DNA of 64,000 nucleotides from Phototrophicaceae bacterium (GTDB taxonomy: Bacteria; Chloroflexota; Anaerolineae; Aggregatilineales; Phototrophicaceae), in the NCBI GenBank assembly GCA_965261805.1, contig OZ253483.1, positions 328,187 to 392,186 on the forward strand, read 5' to 3'. The translations under genes and the position numbers were made by a program. The number at the start of each line of letters is the position of its first letter. The stretch's first letter is position 1. This document shows, piece after piece, positions 1 to 9,296 of this stretch. Under the pieces are notes generated by a model. The model searched no databases. It had not been told where the DNA came from and saw only the letters and a program-made list of their open reading frames with translations.

Positions 1-231
1 GAAATCAACATGCTGCGCTGCATTTTCTGCGGCTATTGCGAAGACGCCTGCCCAACAGAAGCAATCCAGCTGGGGCACGAGCACCAGATGGCTTATACCG
101 ACCGCCGCGATGCCATCTATACCAAAGATATGCTGATCGACGCGCCAGACGAAGGCGCAGCCAACACCCCGCAGCAAGTCGAACCAGGCGCATACGATCG
201 CTCCATACCCGATATGGAAGACCCGTTATAA
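1..231 (+). CDS. nuoI: NADH-quinone oxidoreductase subunit I, C-terminal part (5' end outside window)
   Basis: Frame open to window edge; [16 protein letters not shown] is the second CxxCxxCxxxCP 4Fe-4S motif of NuoI; sits directly upstream of nuoJKLMN. Confidence 0.85.
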   Translation, partial: EINMLRCIFCGYCEDACPTEAIQLGHEHQMAYTDRRDAIYTKDMLIDAPDEGAANTPQQVEPGAYDRSIPDMEDPL

Positions 232-249
232 GCGCGAGGGAACTGCAAA

Positions 250-278
250 TTGAAGCGCGAAATCGTTCGTGCTAAAAT
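250..278 (+). promoter_or_regulatory. Candidate sigma70-type promoter in the nuoI-nuoJ gap
   Basis: TTGAAG (250-255), 17-nt spacer, TAAAAT (273-278) in an 80-nt AT-richer gap. Confidence 0.35.
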
Positions 279-311
279 GCACAATCGCATTCAGGGTGGG
301 AACTAAATCCT

Positions 312-1697
312 ATGGAATGGTTGTTCCTGGTGGTGAGTCTGGTGGCAGTCGTGGCGGCCGGCATGATGCTGACGCGGCAAAATGCTGTGCACAGCGCACT
401 CTTCCTCATCGTCAATTTTGGCTGCGTCGCCTTTTTATACCTGATGCTGGACGCGCCTTTCCTGGCCATGGTGCAGGTCACGGTCTACACCGGCGCCATC
501 ATGGTGCTCTTTTTGTTTGTCATCATGCTGCTGGGCGCAGAGACAACCACCGATGCCTCCGGACGCATGCGCTGGCTGGGCTTGGCTGGCTCGCTGGTGG
601 CTATCGCGCTGCTGATGATCTTCGCTTTTCCGATCGCCTCGGACATGCTCAATGACGAGGCTGTCGAAGCGGGCGATGCGCGCGCCAGCCTGCGCCTCAT
701 CAATGCCGTGCCCGGTGGCGATGCGCAGCTATTCCGCGTGCTGGAAATGGGCTTCGAGATGCCCCTGGCCGATGAAGTCGCCGCCAGCGTGGACCTGGCA
801 GGGCTGGATGACGGGGGTGCCGCCGCTTCCATAGAAGCCGTCCGTTACAACGACGAGCGCGCAGACAGCCGCGACTATGCCGATTTGCCAGCCGGCGACT
901 ACACGCTCTCCGCGACCGTCAGCGATGGCAGCTACGAGTCGGGCGAGGTGTACAGCGCGACCGTCAGCCTGGCAGCCGAAAGCGCGCATACCGTGCTGCT
1001 CTACCAGAACGCCGATGGCTTGCTGGAATACGCCTTGCTGGAAGACGACATCACTGCGCCGAGCGTGGGCAAGATGCGCCTTACGCTGGTCAACGGCCTG
1101 GCGGGGTTGCAGGTCTCGCTGGTCGATGTCGGGCAGTACACCACCATTCGCAGCTTGTGCGAAGATGTCGCGTGCAGTTCATTGCTGCCGCATCGCGTAT
1201 TGCTCGACCAGTTGCCGTTGGGCGACCAGATCAGCATCGAGCTGGACGAAGGCGATTACAACCTGGCATTTGTCGACCAGGACAACGCTGTGCTGCGCCT
1301 CCTCGCTGGTTACCAAGCCGAGCGCGGCGTCATAGAAACGCGGGTGCTGGTTCGCGAGCCAGGCGTGCCCGGCAGCCAGCCCGCTTATCGAGCGGCTGTT
1401 TATCACGCTTTTGCCCTGCCGGCATTTGGAAGCCCGGAAGCGGTCGGGCAAGTGCTTTTCATTGAGTATGTGCTGCCGGTGATGCTGGTGGGCGTGCTGC
1501 TGCTGGTGGCGCTGATCGGCGTGATCGTGCTGGCGCGTCCCGATGCCTTTGCCCAAGCGGAGCGCCGCCGCATCAACCGCCGCCGCAGAGTCAACCGTCC
1601 GCTGGTCAGCGTGATCGCCCAGCAGACCGGCGCCGATGTGCTGAGCGGGGAATATATGCCCAAATTGACGCCCGGCGGCGACGAGCCAGCCGATTAA
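312..1697 (+). CDS. nuoJ: NADH-quinone oxidoreductase subunit J with a large internal insertion (461 aa)
   Basis: N-terminus (VQVTVYTGAIMVLFLFVIMLLG) and C-terminal TM (VLFIEYVLPVMLVGVLLLVALIG) match NuoJ; position between nuoI and nuoK; about 265 extra residues between TM4 and TM5. Confidence 0.85.
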   Translation: MEWLFLVVSLVAVVAAGMMLTRQNAVHSALFLIVNFGCVAFLYLMLDAPFLAMVQVTVYTGAIMVLFLFVIMLLGAETTTDASGRMRWLGLAGSLVAIALLMIFAFPIASDMLNDEAVEAGDARASLRLINAVPGGDAQLFRVLEMGFEMPLADEVAASVDLAGLDDGGAAASIEAVRYNDERADSRDYADLPAGDYTLSATVSDGSYESGEVYSATVSLAAESAHTVLLYQNADGLLEYALLEDDITAPSVGKMRLTLVNGLAGLQVSLVDVGQYTTIRSLCEDVACSSLLPHRVLLDQLPLGDQISIELDEGDYNLAFVDQDNAVLRLLAGYQAERGVIETRVLVREPGVPGSQPAYRAAVYHAFALPAFGSPEAVGQVLFIEYVLPVMLVGVLLLVALIGVIVLARPDAFAQAERRRINRRRRVNRPLVSVIAQQTGADVLSGEYMPKLTPGGDEPAD

Positions 1698-1715
1698 AGG
1701 CGGGAGCAAGCGACG

Positions 1716-2024
1716 ATGAACGCAATCGGCACAGAGCCTTATATCATCCTCAGCATGGTGCTCTTTTTGATGGGCGCGCTGGGCGTGTTGATTCGGCGCA
1801 ACGCCATCCTGCTTTTCATGTCTGTCGAACTGATGCTGAACTCCGCGAATCTGGCGCTGGTGGCCTTCGCGCGGGAATGGGGGCAGGTCAACGGGCATGT
1901 CTTCGTCTTTTTTGTGATGACCGTGGCAGCGGCGGAAGTGGCGATCGGCTTGGCATTGATCGTCAATATCTTCCGCGAGCGCCAAAGCATCAATATCGAT
2001 GACTTGCAGCAGATGCGCGGCTAG
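1716..2024 (+). CDS. nuoK: NADH-quinone oxidoreductase subunit K
   Basis: 102 aa, three TM segments, LMLNSANLALVAF and AAAEVAIGLALIV motifs typical of NuoK; operon context. Confidence 0.9.
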   Translation: MNAIGTEPYIILSMVLFLMGALGVLIRRNAILLFMSVELMLNSANLALVAFAREWGQVNGHVFVFFVMTVAAAEVAIGLALIVNIFRERQSINIDDLQQMRG

Positions 2025-2054
2025 GCGTTGCCGTAAGGAAGAGGCTGTCTGAGT

Positions 2055-4580
2055 ATGGAAAATCTGCCACTCCTGGTCCCGCTGGTCATTTTCGTCCCCG
2101 CTCTCGGGGCGGCGGTGAACTTCTTCTTTGGCGCGCGCCTGGGCGAAAAGTGGTCGGGCTATATCGGCTGCTTTGCCTCGCTCTTCGCCTTTGTGATCTC
2201 GCTGCTGCTGCTCGTATATGTGACCGGCACGAACGGCGCGGCCGCGGTGGTCAATCTGCCTTTCCTGGATGGCTGGCTGCGCATCGAGTCCATAAACCTG
2301 GATATCGGCTGGCAGCTGCGCGTGGATTCGCTGAGCGTCACGATGATGCTGGTGGTCACGGGCGTCGGCTCGCTGATCCACTTGTACGCGCGCGGTTATA
2401 TGCACGGCGATAAATGGTATCCGCGCTTCTTTGCTTATTTGAATATGTTCCTGGCTTTCATGCTGACCCTGGTAACCGCCAACAACTTCCTGATGTTGTT
2501 TGTCGGCTGGGAAGGCGTCGGCTTGTGCTCATTCTTGTTGATCGGCTTTTGGTGGGACAAAAAAGCGCCCGAAGGCTGGAAGAACAGCAATGCCGCGCGC
2601 AAAGCCTTCATCGTCAACCGCATCGGCGATTTTGGCTTGCTGGTGGCCATGTTCTTGATCTTCTGGACATTTGGCACGCTGGACTTCTTCAAAGCCGGCG
2701 AATTGCCCAATACCAGCCCCAAATATCTGGTGCATTGGCAAGAACACAACGGGCTGCTGGCGCATGCCGCGGCCGACCAAGTCGATGCAGCGGACGACGG
2801 ACACGGCGCGAAAGTTGTTTGTGTGCCAGCCTCGCAGCGCCCCGCCGATACCCACGAACCCGCCCCCGCCGACGATCATGGCGCAGACTATGCACATGAC
2901 GCGCCCAACCCGCTGGCATCGGACATCCGCAACTTGTATTGCGACAACCTGCATTTTGACAGCGCGATGCTGGGCGTCTTCGGGCAAACTGCCGAGCGCT
3001 TTGGCACGGGCGAAACGGTCGACTTCGGCGGATTCCAACTGGCTTTTGACGATGTAATTTTCCTGGTTGCCCTGTTCATGCTGCTGGGCGTGGCGGGCAA
3101 GTCGGCGCAGATCCCGCTATTCGTGTGGCTGCCCGATGCCATGGCGGGTCCGACTCCCGTCAGCGCTCTCATCCACGCGGCTACCATGGTGACAGCCGGC
3201 GTCTACATGATGGTGCGCAGCAATGTCTTCTTGTGGGAGCTGAACCACGCGGGCTACATCATCGGTTTGGTCATCACGCTGGTTGGCGCGGGCACGGCCA
3301 TCATGGCCGGCTTTATCGCGCTGGGGCAGTGGGATATCAAGCGCGTGCTGGCTTATTCGACCATCTCGCAGCTGGGCTTTATGGTGGCGGCGGTGGGCAT
3401 CGGCGCTTATGTCGCGGCTATGTTCCACCTGGTTACGCACGCCGTGTTCAAAGCGCTGCTCTTCCTGGGCAGCGGCTCGGTGATCCATGGCGTCGAGCAT
3501 GGGCATCATCATACGCACGAACACAACCATGGCGACCACCACAACGAAACCTCCCCACATCCCGATGGGGGGACAGAGGGGGGTCATGACTTCGACCCGC
3601 AAGACATGCGCAACATGGGCGGTTTGCGGCGGCGCATGCCCATCACCTATATCACCTACCTGGTCGGTACGCTGGCGCTGGCGGGCATCTTCCCCTTCGC
3701 TGGATTCTGGTCGAAAGACGAGATCCTCGCCGATTCCTGGTACGAAGGCTTCCAACTGAACGAAACCAGCGGCTTCATCGCTTTTGGCGTTCTGCTGATT
3801 GCGGCGGCTTTCACAGCCTTCTACATGTGGCGGCAGATCGTACTGGTTTTCTTTGACGAAGCTCGCACAGAAGCGGCCGAGCGCGCGCCCGAAAGCAATG
3901 GCGCGATGCTGCTGCCTTTGCTGATATTGGCGCTCTTCACGCTGCTGATCGGCTTTATCAATGTGCCCAAAGCCACGCCGATATTTGACGGGCTATATCA
4001 TCCCTACGAGTTCAAGCATTTCCTCGAGCACAGCGTATCCAGCGTCTCGAAAGGTCATGTGCTGGACTTCAACTTGCTGATTGCCGGCATTGCGCTGGCG
4101 CTGGGCATCGCCTCCATAATTGCCGCACACCGCATCTACAAGGGCAAAGGGCTGGCCAGCAGCAAACGCGACCAGCTGGAGACGGGCGGCGCATCGCGGC
4201 CTCTCTTCCGCCTGGCGAACGCGCGCTTGTATTGGGACGAGGTCTATGCCAGCCTAATTGAGCAGCCTTTCAACCGATTGGCGGGCTTCTTGGCAGACCG
4301 CGTCGACTGGGACTTCCTGCATGATTATTTTCATGACAGCCTCATCAAACGCGGCTTCGACAGCATCGCCACGCTGCTTGGCCAGCCGATCGATCTGGGC
4401 ATCGTGGATGGCGCGGTGAATGGCGTGGGAGCGCTGGTGGAGCGCGCCGCCAACTGGATGCGCCGCTCGCAAACCGGCTATGTGCGCTTTTACGCGGTCG
4501 TGCTCTTCTTTGGCGTCGCCGCCGTGATCGTGCTCATGCTGCTGCCATTTATTCAGTCCCTGCTGCAAACTGGCTCTTAA
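2055..4580 (+). CDS. nuoL: NADH-quinone oxidoreductase subunit L (841 aa, with two insertions)
   Basis: GWEGVGLCSFLLIGFWW, GKSAQIPLFVWLPDAMAGPTPVSALIHAATMVTAGVY, VLAYSTISQLGFM motifs of NuoL/Mrp antiporter-like subunits; operon context. Confidence 0.9.
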   Translation: MENLPLLVPLVIFVPALGAAVNFFFGARLGEKWSGYIGCFASLFAFVISLLLLVYVTGTNGAAAVVNLPFLDGWLRIESINLDIGWQLRVDSLSVTMMLVVTGVGSLIHLYARGYMHGDKWYPRFFAYLNMFLAFMLTLVTANNFLMLFVGWEGVGLCSFLLIGFWWDKKAPEGWKNSNAARKAFIVNRIGDFGLLVAMFLIFWTFGTLDFFKAGELPNTSPKYLVHWQEHNGLLAHAAADQVDAADDGHGAKVVCVPASQRPADTHEPAPADDHGADYAHDAPNPLASDIRNLYCDNLHFDSAMLGVFGQTAERFGTGETVDFGGFQLAFDDVIFLVALFMLLGVAGKSAQIPLFVWLPDAMAGPTPVSALIHAATMVTAGVYMMVRSNVFLWELNHAGYIIGLVITLVGAGTAIMAGFIALGQWDIKRVLAYSTISQLGFMVAAVGIGAYVAAMFHLVTHAVFKALLFLGSGSVIHGVEHGHHHTHEHNHGDHHNETSPHPDGGTEGGHDFDPQDMRNMGGLRRRMPITYITYLVGTLALAGIFPFAGFWSKDEILADSWYEGFQLNETSGFIAFGVLLIAAAFTAFYMWRQIVLVFFDEARTEAAERAPESNGAMLLPLLILALFTLLIGFINVPKATPIFDGLYHPYEFKHFLEHSVSSVSKGHVLDFNLLIAGIALALGIASIIAAHRIYKGKGLASSKRDQLETGGASRPLFRLANARLYWDEVYASLIEQPFNRLAGFLADRVDWDFLHDYFHDSLIKRGFDSIATLLGQPIDLGIVDGAVNGVGALVERAANWMRRSQTGYVRFYAVVLFFGVAAVIVLMLLPFIQSLLQTGS

Positions 4581-4595
4581 GGAGAACGCAGTCCT

Positions 4596-6200
4596 ATGGA
4601 TGCAACTGGACTCTCGCTGACGACCATCACCCTCTTCTTGCCGATGCTGGGGCTTGCCATTCTGATGTTTATGAATGGCGAAACGCAGCGTGAAAATCTC
4701 AAGTGGGTGGCTTTCGCGACCAGCCTGGCGACTTTTGTGGCATCGGTCGTCATGTGGATCAACTTCGACCCTTCGACCGCGGACTTGCAAATGGTGCAGC
4801 GCAATACCTGGGCCGAGGTGTCGCTGGGCGACTCTGCCATCAACATCAGCTATTTCGTCGGCGTCGATGGCATCAGCATGCTGCTGGTCTTGCTGACGAC
4901 TTTCATCATGCCCATCGCCATCCTCGGCTCTTTCGGCAGTCACATCTTTGCAGAGCGCGGACGCGAGAAGCTGTATTACATCTTCCTGATGCTGCTGGAA
5001 TGGGCGATGATCGGCGTTTTTGTCGTGCACGACCTGATCATCTTCTATGTCTTTTGGGAAGTTACCCTGGTGCCCATGTACTTCTTGATCGGCATTTGGG
5101 GCAGCGAAGAGCGCATCTATGCCGCTGTCAAGTTCTTCCTGTATACGATGGCTGGCTCAATCCTGATGCTAATCGCCATTCTGTATGTGGGCAACACCTC
5201 CGGCACCTTCAGCACCTACAGCGCTGGCGGAGATGTCGGCGTCATCGAGATGGTACAGACGCACGAAGGCGCTGGCACCTATTGGGATGCCGCGCAACCC
5301 GATGCAGAGGGCGATGATGGCTTCCTGTTCAGCTCGGTGGAAAGCTTCCTGTTCCTGGGTTTCCTGGTCGCCTTTGCCATCAAAGTGCCGATTTTCCCCT
5401 TCCACAGCTGGCTGCCCGATGCGCATGTGCAAGCGCCGACAGCCGGCTCGGTCATATTGGCTGGCGTGCTGCTGAAGATGGGCACCTATGGCATCGTGCG
5501 TTTCAACCTCAACTTGTTTCCCGAAGCGACCGTGGCCTGGGCGCCGACGATCGCTTTCCTGGGCGTGGTTGGCATCATCTATGGCGCGTGGGTCAGCTAT
5601 GCCCAGAACAATGTCAAGAAGCTGGTCGCCTATTCGTCGGTCAGCCATCTGGGTTTTGTCGTGCTGGGCATCTTCGCGCTCAATGCGCAGGGCTTGCAGG
5701 GCGCGACGCTGCAAATGGTCAATCATGGCATCAGCACGGGCGGCTTGTTCCTTATCGTGGGCATGCTGTATGAACGCTGGCACACCAAAGAAATGGCCGA
5801 TTATGGCGGCATCTGGAAAGTCATGCCCGTCTTCGGCGGCATCAGCCTCGTCATTTCTTTGAGCAGCATGGGCTTGCCGGGCTTGAACGGCTTCATCGGC
5901 GAGTTCACCATCCTGCTGGGTTCGCTGGGCAGCGATTTTCTCGGCTTTGCCTTCACGCTATTTGGCACGTTGGGCGTCATTCTGGCGGCGGTCTATCTGC
6001 TGAAGATGTTCCAGCATGTCTTCATGGGCGAGTTGAAGAAGCCGTTGAAAGACGAAGACGGCTATAAATTGCGCTGGAACGAAATCGCGGCATTCATCCC
6101 GATTCTCATCATGATCTTCTGGATGGGCATCCAGCCGATCGTCTTCTTCAACATGCTGGATATCTCGGTCGACAGCATCGCAGCGCTCTTCGTTCGCTAG
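4596..6200 (+). CDS. nuoM: NADH-quinone oxidoreductase subunit M
   Basis: FYVFWEVTLVPMYFLIGIWG, FPFHSWLPDAHVQAPTAGSVILAGVLLKMGTYG, VAYSSVSHLGFV motifs; operon context. Confidence 0.9.
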   Translation: MDATGLSLTTITLFLPMLGLAILMFMNGETQRENLKWVAFATSLATFVASVVMWINFDPSTADLQMVQRNTWAEVSLGDSAINISYFVGVDGISMLLVLLTTFIMPIAILGSFGSHIFAERGREKLYYIFLMLLEWAMIGVFVVHDLIIFYVFWEVTLVPMYFLIGIWGSEERIYAAVKFFLYTMAGSILMLIAILYVGNTSGTFSTYSAGGDVGVIEMVQTHEGAGTYWDAAQPDAEGDDGFLFSSVESFLFLGFLVAFAIKVPIFPFHSWLPDAHVQAPTAGSVILAGVLLKMGTYGIVRFNLNLFPEATVAWAPTIAFLGVVGIIYGAWVSYAQNNVKKLVAYSSVSHLGFVVLGIFALNAQGLQGATLQMVNHGISTGGLFLIVGMLYERWHTKEMADYGGIWKVMPVFGGISLVISLSSMGLPGLNGFIGEFTILLGSLGSDFLGFAFTLFGTLGVILAAVYLLKMFQHVFMGELKKPLKDEDGYKLRWNEIAAFIPILIMIFWMGIQPIVFFNMLDISVDSIAALFVR

Positions 6201-6208
6201 GAGATTGT

Positions 6209-7747
6209 ATGTTTGAATCGCCCACTATCGCGGAGTTCGCAGCCCAGTCCAACCTGGCTGTGACGCTGCCTGGCACGCTGCTGGTGGCCTGGACGCTGCT
6301 GCTGGTGCTGGTCGATCTCTTCGCTGGCGAAGAGCGCGAGGGCTGGACGCCGCTGATGGCTTGTATGGGCTTGGGCGTCAGCTTCGCCGCCAACCTCTTC
6401 GTCTATGCGCCAGCCGCCGACCAACAGACCGCGCTCTATGGCATGTTCATCGCCGATGCCTTCACCGGTTTCCTGAATATGGTCATCCTGGTCGCCACGC
6501 TGCTGGCTTTGCTGATGAGCCGGGATTATCTCAAGCGCGCCGGCATCCACCGCGGCGAATATTACATTCTGACCTTGCTGTCATCGGCCGGCGCGATGTT
6601 CATGGTGGCTGCCAATGACTTGATTGTCGTCTTCGTAGCGCTGGAATTGCTGAGCATCCCCCTCTACATCCTGGCGGCATTCCGCTCTATCAAGAATGAC
6701 GGCAGCGAACTGGCGCTGAAGTCCGAAGAAAGCGGCATGAAGTACTTCATCCTGGGCGCGTTTTCCAGCGCATTCCTGGTGTTTGGCGCGGCGCTGGTCT
6801 ATGGCGCGACCGGCACGACCAACATTCCGCAGATACTCGAGACTGCTTCCGCGGTCGTCGGCGCGGCTTCTTCGGCGACATTCTATCTGATCGTCGGCGC
6901 GGCGCTGCTGGTTGTCGGCTTGGGATTTAAGGTGGCGGTCGCGCCTTTCCACATGTGGACGCCCGATGTTTATGAAGGCGCTCCCACGCCTGTAACCGCC
7001 TTGATGAGCGTAACAGCCAAGATCGGCGGCTTTGCGGCGCTGCTGCGCGTGCTGGGGACGGCGCTTTCGGCGCTGGTGCTGGCGGAGGGCGAGGCGGCTG
7101 CCTGGCAAACGACTATTTCTATCATCGCTGTGCTGACACTGGTGCTGGGCAACTTTGTGGCTATCTCGCAGCGCAACCTGAAGCGCATGCTGGCTTATTC
7201 GTCAATCGCCCACGCCGGGTACATCATGGTGGCGCTGGCAGCGGCTGGCACAGCGGGCTCGGCCGATGCGGCCACGCAGGGCGCGCTGGTTTACATCCTG
7301 GCGTATATGTTCACCAATTTGGGCGCATTCGCGGTCGTCATGACCATTGAGCGCGTGGATGGCGGCGGCGGGAACATAGACGACATCACCGGGCTGGCGC
7401 GCTCGCGCCCCTTGCTGGCGATGGCGATGACCATATTTATGCTGAGCCTGACGGGCATTCCATTGACAGCCGGCTTCGTAGGCAAGTTCATGGTCTTCGC
7501 TTCGGCTGTGCAGGCTGGTTTGGTCGGGCTGGCGGTCATCGGCGTATTGACCAGCGTGGTCAGCGCCTTCTATTACATGCGCGTGGTCGTCAATATGTAC
7601 CTGCGCGACAGCAGTGGCGAGCTGGTGCCGGCGCTGGAAACTGTCTATGTGCGCTGGGCGATCAATATCGCTCTGGCGGGCACGTTGATCTTCGGCATCT
7701 TTTACCCTCTGGCCAGCAACCTGGTCAGCATGGTCAGCATCGCTTGA
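6209..7747 (+). CDS. nuoN: NADH-quinone oxidoreductase subunit N
   Basis: VFVALELLSIPLYILAAF, APFHMWTPDVYEGAPTPVTALMS, MLAYSSIAHAGYIM motifs; last gene of the nuo operon. Confidence 0.9.
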   Translation: MFESPTIAEFAAQSNLAVTLPGTLLVAWTLLLVLVDLFAGEEREGWTPLMACMGLGVSFAANLFVYAPAADQQTALYGMFIADAFTGFLNMVILVATLLALLMSRDYLKRAGIHRGEYYILTLLSSAGAMFMVAANDLIVVFVALELLSIPLYILAAFRSIKNDGSELALKSEESGMKYFILGAFSSAFLVFGAALVYGATGTTNIPQILETASAVVGAASSATFYLIVGAALLVVGLGFKVAVAPFHMWTPDVYEGAPTPVTALMSVTAKIGGFAALLRVLGTALSALVLAEGEAAAWQTTISIIAVLTLVLGNFVAISQRNLKRMLAYSSIAHAGYIMVALAAAGTAGSADAATQGALVYILAYMFTNLGAFAVVMTIERVDGGGGNIDDITGLARSRPLLAMAMTIFMLSLTGIPLTAGFVGKFMVFASAVQAGLVGLAVIGVLTSVVSAFYYMRVVVNMYLRDSSGELVPALETVYVRWAINIALAGTLIFGIFYPLASNLVSMVSIA

Positions 7748-7865
7748 TCCCCGCATTGACCGACTCCAGCTGTCATGTCATCCAGGGAACGCGCTGGCAT
7801 CGCATTGCAGCTGCGTCCGCGCAATCGACTCGATATCAGCATCGCCCACGAAGCGGGACAGGCGC

Positions 7866-8393
7866 ATGACCAGCTTCAATGACCTCCCAGCGGACATGAT
7901 CAAAGACCTCCAGCGTAATCGCGATGGGCGTTTGTCTTCCCGGCAGTGGATCGCGCTGATCACCGAGCCGCTTTCGGCGCTGCTGCTGCTGTCGATTCCC
8001 TTGATCCTGTTGGCGGGGCGCTATGGTCCGGCCGGACGGCTGATCGTGCTGGCGCTGGTGGCGGCTTTCGCGATCACGATAGCCATGCGCGCCTGGAAGT
8101 TCGCTCGGGTCAAGCTGAGCTATCGCGTGCTATTCGCCGAGCAGGTCACCCCGCGCTGGCAATTTTGGAAGAAAACCACCCTGACGAGCAAGTCAGGAGA
8201 GCCAATGCGATTCGAGCGCCGGCTGGGCAGCAAGCTAAAACTGGAAGCCGAACAATCTCTGCATGTGTATTATATCGAGTCGGGCGGTCGCCGCATCATG
8301 CTGAATATGCTGCCGCGCAGCCACCCCCGCGCAGAAATCGCCGAGCCAGGCAGCACTTTCGAGCGCGCCGGCGGCCGGCTCTATGCCGACTAG
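7866..8393 (+). CDS. Hypothetical membrane protein (two predicted TM segments)
   Basis: ATG-initiated 175-aa ORF with two hydrophobic helices (LSALLLLSIPLILLAG, LIVLALVAAFAITIAM); no family recognised. Confidence 0.45.
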   Translation: MTSFNDLPADMIKDLQRNRDGRLSSRQWIALITEPLSALLLLSIPLILLAGRYGPAGRLIVLALVAAFAITIAMRAWKFARVKLSYRVLFAEQVTPRWQFWKKTTLTSKSGEPMRFERRLGSKLKLEAEQSLHVYYIESGGRRIMLNMLPRSHPRAEIAEPGSTFERAGGRLYAD

Positions 8394-9241
8394 AATGGCG
8401 CATTCAGAGCGCCCGACATCTCCAGCACTTCACGCCCGTCCTGGTCGACCCACACGCCGCATTTCCCACCGTCTTCGCTGATAGTCAGGTCGGCTGTTCC
8501 GCCCTCAAATCGCAAGACCGGGTGATAATACTTGGCGACCTGCACGGCATCGCCATCAATATAATGACCGATCAATGCCCGCCGAAAACGCGCTTGCGAA
8601 CGATTGGGGAAGCTGCCGTGTATCAGCTGCCCGTTGAAGAAGAAGACATCGCCCGCGCGCATGACGACCGGCTCGGTGCGCATATCGGCGGATAGCGGCA
8701 CAGTCACATCGGTGAAGCTCTGGCTGGCATCGGCTTCTATGGGGCAAAGCAGCGGCATAGTGTGGCTGCCCGGCACGATTTGCAAGCAGCCATTTTCTTC
8801 ATCGCAATCGTCCAGCGCCATCCAGGCGGCGATGCAAGTGCCCGGCTGCACACGCAGATAATACTGGTCTTGATGCAGCGCCTGCCCGCGCGCGCCAGCC
8901 GGCTTGAAGTAGAGCATGGTCTGCACAGCCAGCGGCAGCTTGCCCAGCAGCCGCTCGAAGACTGCCGCCAGCCGCGCATCCAGCAGCCAGCGCAGGCTGA
9001 GCTCGTCCCAGCGGTGCATGTGGATCAAGCGCGGATAGCGTTTCAGCGGATCGTCGCTGGTCGGGTCAATGCCGGCGAAGTCGCCCGGATAACTGCCATT
9101 GCGCCGCATGTCCATGTAATACTGGCGAAAATGCGCCACTTCGTCAGCGCTGAACAAGCCCGACACGGTGACACAGCCACGCTCTCGAAAACCGCCTGCA
9201 TCAACTTGCATAGTGCGCTCCTGTAACGCGCCGTTGCGCAA
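8390..9241 (-). CDS. Phytanoyl-CoA dioxygenase (PhyH) family Fe(II)/2-oxoglutarate oxygenase
   Basis: LHQDQYYL (His-x-Asp metal site) and distal LIHGSFPNRS motif, length 283 aa, typical of PhyH family. Confidence 0.7.
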   Translation of the reverse strand: MRNGALQERTMQVDAGGFRERGCVTVSGLFSADEVAHFRQYYMDMRRNGSYPGDFAGIDPTSDDPLKRYPRLIHMHRWDELSLRWLLDARLAAVFERLLGKLPLAVQTMLYFKPAGARGQALHQDQYYLRVQPGTCIAAWMALDDCDEENGCLQIVPGSHTMPLLCPIEADASQSFTDVTVPLSADMRTEPVVMRAGDVFFFNGQLIHGSFPNRSQARFRRALIGHYIDGDAVQVAKYYHPVLRFEGGTADLTISEDGGKCGVWVDQDGREVLEMSGALNAPF

Positions 9242-9296
9242 TCACGGCAGCAGCCTACAATCTATAGACCAAATCATAGCGCAGAGGAGCGCCGCA

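Noticed and set aside
8390-8393. Convergent genes sharing overlapping stop codons in CTAG, also at 9633-9636
   Set aside because: Four-nucleotide overlaps of convergent TAG stops are a trivial consequence of the palindrome CTAG in compact genomes.
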